This document shows, piece by piece, positions 9,686 to 21,457 of a DNA stretch of 64,000 nt. The notes beneath the pieces are model-generated. The model ran no database searches. It saw only the letters and a list, made by a program, of their open reading frames with translations, and was not told where the DNA came from. Origin of the DNA: an uncultured delta proteobacterium (GTDB lineage: Bacteria > Myxococcota_A > Polyangia > Haliangiales > Haliangiaceae). The stretch's first letter is position 1, and the number at the start of each line of letters is the position of its first letter. The DNA lies in the NCBI GenBank assembly GCA_963848295.1, contig CAWKDB010000002.1:640001-704000 (forward strand). The letters run 5' to 3'. Both the position numbers and the translations under genes were made by a program.

Positions 9686-10632
9686 TCGGGCCGATCGTCG
9701 AACGCGTCGGCGAGGCGTGGCTCGCTTGCGCGCTGATCCAGGCGATGCTGTGGCTCGTCCAGCGACGCACGCGCAACGCCGGCATCGTCGACGTCGGCTG
9801 GGCGCTGACGTTCACCGTGGCCATCGGGATCTATGCGGCACGAGCGACCTCACCGATCACTGCGTGGCTCCCACTCGCCGCGATCGTCGCCGTGTGGAGC
9901 GTGCGGCTCGGTGGCTATCTGATCGCGCGCGGCGCCGCCTCGCCGCCAGAAGAAGGCCGCTACGTTGAGTTGCGCGCGCGCTGGGGCGATCGCGCCGGCT
10001 CGCGCTTCTTCGTGTTCTTTCAAGCGCAGGCCGCGCTGACCGCGTTGCTGTCCAGCGCGCTGGTCGTGCCGTTCGTCGCGGCACCGCGGTGGTGTGCGCT
10101 GCAAGCTGCCGGCGTCGCGCTATCGGCGATCGGCGTGCTCGGCGAGACCATCGCCGATGCGCAGCTCCATCGCTGGCGCCGCGATCCCGCGCACCGGGGC
10201 CAGGTCTGCGACGTCGGGTTGTGGAGCTGGTCGCGCCACCCGAACTACTTCTTCGAGTGGTGCGTCTGGTTAGGGTACGCGATACACGGTCTGGCTTTCG
10301 CGCCGTACGGGCTGATCGCGATCGTTCCGCAGGCGTTGCTGCTGTGCTCGATCTTGTTCGTCACGGGCATTCCACCGACGGAGAAACAGTCGCTCGCGTC
10401 GCGCGGCGATGCGTATCGCGCGTACCAAGCGCGCGTGAGCAAGTTCGTTCCGTGGCCTCCGAAGCGTCGTGATCCTGACGTCCGGATTTCGGACGAATTT
10501 TACGTTCTACACCGGTTCTACACCGGTATGTCAGCACCCTGTTGTACGCTCGGCTGCCATGATCAAGGTGCACGTCGGCACGGACGGAACGAAATCCTTC
10601 CAGGTCTACGGCCGCTCGCGGGTGCGCGATAA
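9682..10632 (+). CDS. DUF1295 (steroid 5-alpha-reductase-like) membrane protein; integration target with element-supplied 3' end
   Basis: NAGIVDVGW, EEGRY, ADAQL, GLWSWSRHPNYFFEW and GIPPTE...YQARVSKFVPW motifs. The expected stop after PKRR (about 10470) is absent, so the ORF runs on to 10632. Confidence 0.9.
   Translation: MIGPIVERVGEAWLACALIQAMLWLVQRRTRNAGIVDVGWALTFTVAIGIYAARATSPITAWLPLAAIVAVWSVRLGGYLIARGAASPPEEGRYVELRARWGDRAGSRFFVFFQAQAALTALLSSALVVPFVAAPRWCALQAAGVALSAIGVLGETIADAQLHRWRRDPAHRGQVCDVGLWSWSRHPNYFFEWCVWLGYAIHGLAFAPYGLIAIVPQALLLCSILFVTGIPPTEKQSLASRGDAYRAYQARVSKFVPWPPKRRDPDVRISDEFYVLHRFYTGMSAPCCTLGCHDQGARRHGRNEILPGLRPLAGAR
10243..10265 (+). other. attL core
   Basis: TCTTCGAGTGGTGCGT (10250-10265) is identical to 41367-41382, and homology starts here. 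Confidence 0.8.
10504..10525 (+). repeat. Tandem 11-mer GTTCTACACCG x2, putative integrase arm-type sites
   Basis: The same 11-mer occurs at 41233 (followed by the variant GTTGTACACCC) and at 41620. Confidence 0.7.
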
Positions 10633-11674
10633 GAGCGTCCGCGTCTACGTCGGGTCGTTCCCATCGAAGCGCGACGCCGAGCACGCGGACCAGCAGCACC
10701 GCGTCACGCAGCGCGGGATCCGGGAGGGCGACCTACCGCCAGCCGTGGACCACACCCGCACGCTCGGCGACGCGCTGGACGCGTGGCTGCGCGCGATCAA
10801 GGACCAGCGCTCGCACGACGAGTACGCCGATCGCATGCGCCTGTACGTGCGGCCCGAGTTCGACAGCACGCCGGTCGTGAAGATCACGAAGTCGAAGCTC
10901 CTCGAGCTGCGCAGCGACCTGCGCGAGCGCGAGGTGCCGTTGGCGCCCAAGACCGTCAACGGCGTCTTCGCGACGCTCTCCGCGGCGTTCAACTACTTCA
11001 TCGAGCAAGGCTGGTGCAGCGACAACCCGACCAAGTTCATCAAGCAGCTCCCGGTCACCCAGCACCCGTTCCTCTGGCTCCAGTCCGCCGGCGAGGTGCA
11101 GAAGCTGCTCGGCGAGTGCAACGACAACATCCGCAACCTGGTGGCGGTGCTGGTCGGCACCGGCATGCGCCTGGACGAAGCGCTGCACCTGCACTGGACC
11201 GACATCGACCTGCAGCACCGCGTGATCCACGTGCACCGCGGCCGCCGTGGCGCGCCCAAGTCCGGCCGCCTGCGCCACGTCCCGATCTTCGACTCCGTGC
11301 TGACCGTGCTGCGCGAGATGAAGCTCGCGAAGGGCACGAACACCCTGCTCTGGCCCGGCGCGAGGCGCGACAAGCTCGGCGACCAGCTTCCCCGCAACAA
11401 GACGAGCGTCTTCTACCCGTTCAAGGCCGCCGTCGAGCGCGCCGGCCTCTCGAAGAAGTTCCGCCTCCACGACCTCCGCCACACCTTCGCCGGCCTGTTC
11501 CTCGCGTCCGGCGGCGACATCTTCAAGCTCTCGAAGATCCTCGGCCACTCCAGCGTCGCGATCACGCAGCAGGTCTACGCGCACCTCCACCCGGACGCGT
11601 TCGCCGAGGACTACAGCCGCGTCTCGTTCGCGATGCCCGAGAAGTCCGGCGTCGTCTTGAAGCTCCGAGCCTAG
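10559..11674 (+). CDS. int: Tyrosine recombinase / phage-type integrase
   Basis: Catalytic set GMR, PKSG, HDLRHTF, LGH and VYAH; N-terminal arm-binding-like domain. Confidence 0.95.
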   Translation: MIKVHVGTDGTKSFQVYGRSRVRDKSVRVYVGSFPSKRDAEHADQQHRVTQRGIREGDLPPAVDHTRTLGDALDAWLRAIKDQRSHDEYADRMRLYVRPEFDSTPVVKITKSKLLELRSDLREREVPLAPKTVNGVFATLSAAFNYFIEQGWCSDNPTKFIKQLPVTQHPFLWLQSAGEVQKLLGECNDNIRNLVAVLVGTGMRLDEALHLHWTDIDLQHRVIHVHRGRRGAPKSGRLRHVPIFDSVLTVLREMKLAKGTNTLLWPGARRDKLGDQLPRNKTSVFYPFKAAVERAGLSKKFRLHDLRHTFAGLFLASGGDIFKLSKILGHSSVAITQQVYAHLHPDAFAEDYSRVSFAMPEKSGVVLKLRA

Positions 11675-11784
11675 CTGCCGTCTGTCCCCCGAGATCGTTC
11701 CATCGCAGCTGCGTGCTGATCGCCGTCGGCAACACAGGTAACTTCCGTGCCAGTGTCACAGCGCTCGTGTAACTATCTCCGGGG

Positions 11785-14685
11785 ATGTCGGACCAGATCG
11801 TCAGCGATCTCGAAGGCTTCGGTGCAACGCGCACCCAGCTGATCGATCTCGCGCGCGAGCATGGTCCGAGGTCGCTGCCCTACCTCGACCTCGCGCGCGC
11901 CACGACCGACGGACGGCCGCCAGTCGTGTTCGAAGTTCAGGGCCAACCGCGAGCCTATGTCTTCGATGCTCGCGGCGAGAGCGAGAACGTGACTAGGTGG
12001 GTGCGGCGCATCGCGTTTCGCGGTGACGCCGATTGGGTCGCCGTGCTCCGCGCAGGTCGTCTCGACGTGTTCCGCGCATCGCTCGGCGGCGACGCGCCGC
12101 TTCCCTTCTCGGGACTACCGCAGGGCCCCTTCTTGTTCCCGGCGCTCCTACACGCTCGGTGTCCGCGCGACGTGTCGAGCGTGCGCGTGGCCTTGCTCGC
12201 GCTCCTCCGCCGTTCGATCACGGGCGCACGTGCGAGCGGCATGAATGCCCGAGACGCGCTCTCGCTGGTGGGCCGCGCGTTGTTCTGGCGGTTCCTCGTC
12301 GACCGCGATCTTCTCGCAGGCTTGGATCCAGCCGACGTCGCGCCGCGCGCGAAGAGCTGGGAGGGTTGCCTCGACAACAAGACGAATGCGCTCGCGACGT
12401 TCGATTGGCTCGACACGACGTTCAACGGCGGGCTGCTCGGGTTCACCAGCTCGGGAACGCCCGGGCGGGTCAAAGCCGAGGTCTACGAGAGTGTGGTCGG
12501 CAACATTGCGCACGCCGCGACGGCCGATGGCCAGCTTCAGCTGAAGCTCCCGACGGAATGGCGCGAAGTGAACTTTGCCCACGTCCCGGTCGGCTTGCTC
12601 AGCGAGGTCTACGAGGCGTACGCGCACGAGGAGTACACGGAGCAAGCAAAGGCTCAGAGCGTGTTCTACACGCCACGCCACATCGCCGACTTCGTTGTCG
12701 ACGAGGCGCTCGCTGCGATCGATGACGTCGCCCAGCCACGCGTTCTCGATCCCGCATGCGGAGCGGGCGTCTTCCTCGTCACCGCGTTTCGTGCGCTGGT
12801 CGCGCGCGAATGGCACCGGAGCGGAAAGCAGCCGTCGCGCGCCGTGGTGCGGCGCATCCTCAACAAGCAACTCGTTGGCTTCGACATCAACGACGATGCA
12901 CTCCGCTTGTCCGAGCTGGCGCTCTACCTGACGGCAATCGAGCTCGATCCCGAGACCCGACCGCGACCCTTAAGCCTGCTGCGATTCGAGGAGTTGCGGG
13001 ACCGCGTGCTGTTCTTGCGCGAGGACGATCACGGAAGCCTCGGTCCCGTGGACGATCGATTTCGCGCGAAGTTCGATCTTGTCGTCGGGAACCCACCCTG
13101 GACTGCGAAAGCAACCGCTCCAGAGAAACGCGCATGGGTTGCCGCGAGTCAGGACGTGCTGCGCGAACGACTCGGCGAAGAGCGAGCCGCAACATTCGAC
13201 TTCCCTGATACCAATCCCGACCTTCCCTTTGTCTACCGTGCGATCGCGTGGGCGGCACCGGGTGGCTCGATCGCGCTCGTCACGCACGCTCGTTGGTTGT
13301 TCGGACAGAGCCCGCGCGCGACATCGGCGCGACGCGATCTACTGCAGTCGGTCCATGTCACGGGCCTGCTCAACGGAACTGCACTCCGAGACTCGAACGT
13401 CTGGCCGAACGTGCGCCATCCGTTCTGCTTGCTGTTCGCCGTCAACGAACCGCCACCGCCGGCCGCCTCGCTCCAGTTCATCAGCCCGGATCTCGAACGC
13501 ACACCGGATCGACTCCAGGATCACATTCGCATCGACTGGAACGATGCACGCGACGTCGCCATCGCCGACATCATCAAGCGACCGTGGTCGCTGAAGGCAC
13601 TGTTTCGAGGAAGCTCGATCGACGAGTCGATCCTCGCCGACGTGCATCAGCGCGGTGTCTCGCTGTCGGAATACTTCGAGACCTTGGGAACCAAGCTGAG
13701 AAACGGCTATCAGGTTGGAGGCAAGGCCGGTCGCCAGCTCTCGGCGAAACACTTGGCGGGACTCCCTGACTTGAAGGGAAGCGCTCCAGGCTTCTTTGTC
13801 GCTGTCGATTCCTTGCCACGATTCTCCCGCAAGACGCTGTTATTCCCGAGAGAGCGACACGCCTATGAAGCGCCTCTCCTCATTCATGAATCGATGCGAG
13901 CCGATCCGATGGCACCGCGGGCGATCGTCGCCCTCCAGGATGTTGCCTACGACGAGCGGTTCAGCGGCGCGTCGTTCGCGGGGGTTGAGAACGGAGAACA
14001 ACTCGCCGAGTACCTTCAACTCGTTGTCCAATCATCTCTATTCACGCACATCGCCCTGTTCCTCGATGGCCAGTTCGGCGTCGAGCGAGAGGTAGTGCAC
14101 AAGGAAACGATCGACGCCGTACCGGTCGTGCCGTGGTCGCGACTCGCTCGCACTCTACGCACACGGTCATCATCACTGTCCCAACGACTACGGGGAGGCA
14201 TCTCGGTGGAGTTGCTTGCCGACATCGACACGTTCGTCGCCGACGTGTTCGAGCTGAGCGACGTCCAGCGCGACGCGATCATCGACACCCTTTCCGTTTC
14301 GCTGCCAACGGCAGCGTCGAAGAGCAACGCGACGCGTGGCACGAACGATAGCGACCGTAAGCTCTTCATGGAGACCTGCGAGACCGAGCTCTTTGACCTG
14401 CTCGACGCGCAGGTCACCGTGTCCTCGGCGAGGATCGCGGGTGATGGGCCCTGGAGATTCATCAATGTGGTCCTGGCAACTGGCGACAAGACCGCGATTG
14501 GGATCTCGGCGGTCGATGCAAGGCACATCGTCGCGATCGCCGACGATGGAGCGGCCTCGTTGATCAAGATCCAGACCGGCGAGCGAGCCTTCGTCATTGG
14601 TCTGCTCGATCAAGACCGGTACTGGACGAAGACACGTGCGCGCCTGCTCGCCTCGGCGCTCGTCTCAGAGAAGGTCGATGGCTAA
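11785..14685 (+). CDS. N6-adenine DNA methyltransferase, large (Type IIG/Type I M-like) with probable C-terminal specificity region
   Basis: LLSEVYE, FYTPRHIADFVV, VLDPACGAGVFL (motif I), GFDIN and VVGNPPW (motif IV). Confidence 0.92.
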   Translation: MSDQIVSDLEGFGATRTQLIDLAREHGPRSLPYLDLARATTDGRPPVVFEVQGQPRAYVFDARGESENVTRWVRRIAFRGDADWVAVLRAGRLDVFRASLGGDAPLPFSGLPQGPFLFPALLHARCPRDVSSVRVALLALLRRSITGARASGMNARDALSLVGRALFWRFLVDRDLLAGLDPADVAPRAKSWEGCLDNKTNALATFDWLDTTFNGGLLGFTSSGTPGRVKAEVYESVVGNIAHAATADGQLQLKLPTEWREVNFAHVPVGLLSEVYEAYAHEEYTEQAKAQSVFYTPRHIADFVVDEALAAIDDVAQPRVLDPACGAGVFLVTAFRALVAREWHRSGKQPSRAVVRRILNKQLVGFDINDDALRLSELALYLTAIELDPETRPRPLSLLRFEELRDRVLFLREDDHGSLGPVDDRFRAKFDLVVGNPPWTAKATAPEKRAWVAASQDVLRERLGEERAATFDFPDTNPDLPFVYRAIAWAAPGGSIALVTHARWLFGQSPRATSARRDLLQSVHVTGLLNGTALRDSNVWPNVRHPFCLLFAVNEPPPPAASLQFISPDLERTPDRLQDHIRIDWNDARDVAIADIIKRPWSLKALFRGSSIDESILADVHQRGVSLSEYFETLGTKLRNGYQVGGKAGRQLSAKHLAGLPDLKGSAPGFFVAVDSLPRFSRKTLLFPRERHAYEAPLLIHESMRADPMAPRAIVALQDVAYDERFSGASFAGVENGEQLAEYLQLVVQSSLFTHIALFLDGQFGVEREVVHKETIDAVPVVPWSRLARTLRTRSSSLSQRLRGGISVELLADIDTFVADVFELSDVQRDAIIDTLSVSLPTAASKSNATRGTNDSDRKLFMETCETELFDLLDAQVTVSSARIAGDGPWRFINVVLATGDKTAIGISAVDARHIVAIADDGAASLIKIQTGERAFVIGLLDQDRYWTKTRARLLASALVSEKVDG

Positions 14686-15453
14686 CGGTCGGCGCCGTCG
14701 GCTCTCGGTTCGAGCGCAGCAGATCCTCTCGGAACCGGACATCTCCGAGGTGCGCAAGCGCGCCGTCGAACGTGCCCTCCGGTGGGCCTGGAGAGAGGTC
14801 GGACAGCGCTGGCCTACGATCGCGAAGACCGGAAGCGAGGAGCAGGTCACCGCGAAGATGCATCGCGTTCTGAACGAGCACACGCCCACTCATCGTCGTG
14901 CTGCGCCCGGGCTTCATTCCTTCGAGACCGTGAACCGCGGTTCCAAGGTCGAGGCGGCTGACGCTCGGATCGAGCTGATGCCGACCTCGTGTTCCGTCCG
15001 CCGCTCCCCGTAGGCGTCCGCAACCGCGGCGACTGGGGATACTTCGTCGAGTGCAAGATCGTGGACGGAGCGGCATCGATCGGCCTGTACTGCACGCAGG
15101 GTGTCGAGCGCTTCACGAGCGGCGCGTACGCAGCTTGGATGCCCAGCGGCGGGATGCTCGCGTACGTGCGCGACGGAACGCGTCCCTTTGCCTCGTTGAA
15201 GGCTCGATTCGCAAAGGGCTATTCGACCCAGCATCACCTTCACCGATCTGCCGACACCAGCGATTCGATGCACGGGCGCGGCGCACTACCGACACCGTGC
15301 GTCGACATCGCGCTCGTGCACCTGTGGCTGTCCACGAGCTGGCCCTCGCCGTCCGACTGGAGCGCCCGCGTGAGCGGATGGGCCGCCGTCCACGGGCGCC
15401 CACCAATTCTGGTAGCGATCGGTGCCAACGAGGCCGACGGACAGGCGTCGTAG
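14678..15453 (+). CDS. Putative PD-(D/E)xK nuclease, one frameshift near 14982
   Basis: ATG overlaps the MTase stop. Joining two ORFs gives ...SEEQVT...MPDLVFR...YFVECKIV...[15 protein letters not shown]...GGMLAYV. Confidence 0.65.
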
Positions 15454-15489
15454 CCTAGGCGCACGGTCCTACGTAGCCGGCGCGAGGTC

Positions 15490-16545
15490 TGGGCAACCGT
15501 CTTTACCACCGCTCTTGGGGGTGTCGATCGTCGTGGGATCGCGCAAGTTGGCCCACTTCGACGCCGCGCTGGTCGGCTACACGTTCGCGACGCTTTTCGC
15601 GACGTTCGGGATCACCTACCGTTACGCGATGTGGCTCCAGAGGCCGCCGACGCGGATGTACTGGCGGCGCGGCTGGCAGGCGTTTCTGCGCCCTCGGCTC
15701 CTCGGCGCAACCTGGCGGCGCTCGGCCGCCGCGCTGGTCGTGCAGGTCGCCGCGAACCGTTTCATATTCCGGCGCGAGCGGCTCGCGCGGCGCTGGCGCA
15801 CTGGCTGATCATGTGGGGCTGCCTCCTGGCCGCCGCCATCACCTTTCCCCTCGTGTGGGGCTGGATTCACTTCGAGACCGCGCCCGGCACGTTCGACATG
15901 TACCGCACGTTCCTCTTCGGCTGCGCGGCCGGCGACTTCCGTGTCGACTCGGTGTCGGCGTTCATCGTTTTTCACGGCCTGGTCTGGTCGTCGTTCCTCG
16001 TGATCGGTGGCGTGATGTTGGCGTTCCGGCGCCGCATGCGCGATCACGGCGCCGCCGCCGTGCAGCAGTTCGGCGAGGACATCCTGCCGCTCGTTGCTGC
16101 TGTTTGCGATCAGCGTGACGGGGCTGATGCTGACCGCCAGCTACACGTGGATGAAGGGCTACGCCTACGACTTCCTGGCCATCCTGCACGCGATCACCGT
16201 CATCATGACGCTGCTCTGGCTGCCGTTCGGAAAGTTCTTTCACGTCTTTCAGCGCCCGGCCCAGCTCGGCGTCGCGCTTCTACAAGGACGGGGCGCGCGC
16301 AGCAGCAGGCGCGCTGCAGGCGGTGCGGCCGGCCGTTTGCGTCCGCGCTGATGGTCGCGCGACCTCGATCGCCGTGGAGCGCGAGCTCGGGTTCCGCTAC
16401 GAGCTCGGCCGAGGCGGCGCCGGGCACTACCAGGAGATCTGTCCCGCCTGCCGGCGCGCGCTGTTCGGCCTCGCCAAGGCAGGTGGCGCGCTGGGCAGCG
16501 GCGAGCGAATCGGCGCCAAATGGCGCAGCGCGCTGCGTGGCCTGA
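15490..16545 (+). CDS. NarI-like multi-pass membrane protein with C-terminal CxxC...CxxC; frameshifted, start uncertain
   Basis: Fragments [39 protein letters not shown]...[12 protein letters not shown] and CRRCG...ICPAC across several frames. Confidence 0.7.
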   Translation, partial: WATVFTTALGGVDRRGIAQVGPLRRRAGRLHVRDAFRDVRDHLPLRDVAPEAADADVLAARLAGVSAPSAPRRNLAALGRRAGRAGRREPFHIPARAARAALAHWLIMWGCLLAAAITFPLVWGWIHFETAPGTFDMYRTFLFGCAAGDFRVDSVSAFIVFHGLVWSSFLVIGGVMLAFRRRMRDHGAAAVQQFGEDILPLVAAVCDQRDGADADRQLHVDEGLRLRLPGHPARDHRHHDAALAAVRKVLSRLSAPGPARRRASTRTGRAQQQARCRRCGRPFASALMVARPRSPWSASSGSATSSAEAAPGTTRRSVPPAGARCSASPRQVARWAAASESAPNGAARCVA

Positions 16546-16579
16546 GCGCAGCGAGCTCGCTCCGAGAGAGAATGATTGA

Positions 16580-18859
<2,280 letters not shown>

Positions 18860-18863
18860 GCGC

Positions 18864-19549
18864 ATGCCGATGCCCGTGCCAGACCTGCGAGTTCTTCATC
18901 GACCCGAGCCGGTGCATCGGCTGCCAGGCGTGCGTGCAGGCGTGCAGCGAATGCGACACGCACCGGGGCCAGTCGATGATCCACCTGGAGTACGTCGACC
19001 GCGCGGAGAGCGGTGCAGACCGTGCCGGTCGTGTGCATGCACTGCGACCAGCCGACGTGCGCCGAGGTGTGCCCGGCCGACGCGATCAAGCGGACCGAGG
19101 ACGGCGTCGTGCAGTCGGCGCGCAAGCCGCGCTGCATCGCCTGCGGCAACTGCGTGCTGGCCTGCCCGTTCGGCGTGCCGGAGGTCTACGTCGACGCAGC
19201 AGCTCATGATGAAGTGCGACATGTGCTACGACCGCTCCGCGTCGGCAAGAAGCCGATGTGCGCGACGGTCTGCCCGAGCCAGGCGCTGTTCTTCGGCACG
19301 CGCGAGGAGATCGAACAGCTGCGGCCCGCCTCCGCGCCGGTGAACGAGTTCCAGTTCGGCGCGCAGACGATCACGACCGGGTGCGTGATGATGACGCCCG
19401 GAACGTCGCCAGCCGCGCGCCCGTGGTGGACGTGACGGCCGCGATGAGCGAACAGGCGCGGCCGCGGGCGATCTCGTTCAAGGTCGTGGCGCCGTCGGGC
19501 GACCGACGACGGGCCGGACCCGTACGCGGACGTGAAGGTGGAGGAATGA
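18864..19549 (+). CDS. 4Fe-4S dicluster electron-transfer subunit (DmsB/NrfC-like); frameshifted
   Basis: [39 protein letters not shown] and KCDMCYDR...PMCATVCP. Confidence 0.88.
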
Positions 19550-20105
19550 GCGTGAGCCGCACCGACCTCGACGTGCACGAGACCATCACGGTCGCCCCGG
19601 ACGGCCGGCCCATGCACGAGCAGCCCGCGTGGCGCCGGGACTTCCCCATCGACTGGGCGCGGGACCACTACGTCGAGCGCCGCGAGTTGATGAAGTTCCT
19701 CGTGCTGACGAGCCTCGCTTTCCGTCCGGCCAATTCTGGATTGGCGCGCGCGAGTGGCTGGCGCCGCCGGCGCCCGCGGACGCGCGCCGGATTGCGGCGG
19801 TCGCCGACCTCGCGATCGGCGGGGCGCTCGTCTTCCACTACCCGTCGGCGGACGATCCGTGCGTGCTCGTCCGGCTGGCCGAGGACCGGTTCGTCGCCTA
19901 CAATCAGCGCTGCACCCACCTGTCCTGCGCGGTGATCCCGCGGGGAGCTCGGCCAGGCCTCCGCTGCCCCTGTCATCACGGCGTCTTCGACTTGCAGTCC
20001 GGACGGCCGCTCGCCGGACCGCCGCGGCGTCCGCTGCCGCGGATCGCGCTCGACGTCCGCGGAGGCGCCATCTACGCCACCGGCGTCGCCCGAAGCGCGG
20101 TGTGA
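19546..20105 (+). CDS. Rieske 2Fe-2S protein with RR motif and TM helix; frameshifted
   Basis: ERRELMKFLVLTSLAF, CTHLSC and CPCHHG. Confidence 0.88.
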
Positions 20106-20106
20106 C

Positions 20107-20342
20107 ATGCCGACCGCCCCTCGCTCAGCCGCGCGCAGCGCACGACCATCGTCTCGGGCATGGTGGCGTTCGTGCTGATCATCCTCGTGCTGCAGCTCTG
20201 GCTGCTCACGGCCACGATGAACGCGTATCTCGGCGGCGACACGAGCGTGATCTGGCCGGCGGCGCTCGCGAGCCTCGGCTGCCTGCTGCTCAACGCCGGC
20301 CTGCTTCGCTACGTGCTGCGGCTCGAGGGCCGCCGGCGGTGA
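20107..20342 (+). CDS. Small two-TM protein (DUF6755-like)
   Basis: LQLWLLTATMNAYLGG motif. Start uncertain because of a frameshift. Confidence 0.7.
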
Positions 20343-20344
20343 CG

Positions 20345-21404
20345 ATGCGACGCCCGGGGCCGCGCCCGCGACGGCTCGGCCCTCGCCGGCCTCCATCCCG
20401 CCTACTTCGCGATGGTGATGGCCACCGGCATCGTGTCCATCGCCTCGCTGCTCGTCGGCTTCCGCGCGATCGCGGTCGCGCTCCTGCCGGCCAACGTCCT
20501 CTTCGCCATCGTCCTTGGCCGTGTTGACCGCCTGCGCGTGGTCCGGTATCCGCGGCGGGTCGCGGCCGATCTCGCCGACCACGGGCGCGCGGTCGGTTTC
20601 TTCACGCTGGTCGCCGCCACGAGCGTGCTCGGAAGCGAGCCAGACCCTGCTCCTCACCGGCGCGCGATCGATCGCGACATCGCTCTGGATCCTGGCGATC
20701 GTGTTCTGGGCGACGTTGACCTATACGGTGTTCACGGTCTTGACCGTCAAGCGGGTCAAGCCGACGCTGGCGGGAGGGATCAACGGCGGCTGGCTCGTGG
20801 CGGTGGTCGCGCCGCAGTCGATCGTCATTCTCGGCGCGCAACTCGCGGCCGGCTTCGGCGCGCACGCGCAGGCGGTGCTGTTCTTCTGCCTAGCATGTGG
20901 CTGGGCGCGGGGATGCTCTACATCTGGATCATCTCGCTCATCTTCTATCGCTACACGTTCTTCGTGCTCGAACCATCGGACCTGGCGCCGCCGTACTGGA
21001 TCAACATGGGCGCGGTGGCGATCTCGACCCTGGCGGGAAGCTTCCTCATCCTCGACGCCCCCCAGTCGCCGCTGCTGGCGCAACTGGTGCCGTTCCTAAG
21101 GGCTTCACGTTGCTCTTCTGGGCCACGGCGACGTGGTGGATTCCAATGCTGGTGATCCTCGGGGTCTGGCGCCACGGCGTCGCGCGGTTCCCCCTGCGCT
21201 ACGACCCGCTCTACTGGGGCGCCGTCTTCCCGCTCGGCATGTACACCGCCTGCACGTGGCGGCTGGCGCAGGCCATCGACGGTGCCCTCGCTCATGGCGA
21301 TTCCCCGCGTGTTCATCTTCGTCGCGCTGGCCGCGTGGTGCATCGTCGCGGCCGGCATGGCGTGGCACCTCCTCGGCCGGCCTCGTCTTGCAGCAAGTCG
21401 ATGA
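20345..21404 (+). CDS. TDT / SLAC1 family (tellurite-resistance/dicarboxylate) anion channel; frameshifted
   Basis: PAYFAMVMATGIVS, INGGWLVAVVA, PPYWINMGAVAISTLAG and YWGAVFPLGMY. Confidence 0.85.
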
Positions 21405-21457
21405 GGAATAGCCCGGCGTTTCTAGCAGTTCGATCGTGACGGCGCGCTTGGCGTGTT

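Noticed and set aside
10504..10525. Short repeats as a CRISPR array or iterons
   Set aside because: Only two adjacent 11-mers, with no spacers and no cas or rep genes. Their position at both element ends fits arm sites.
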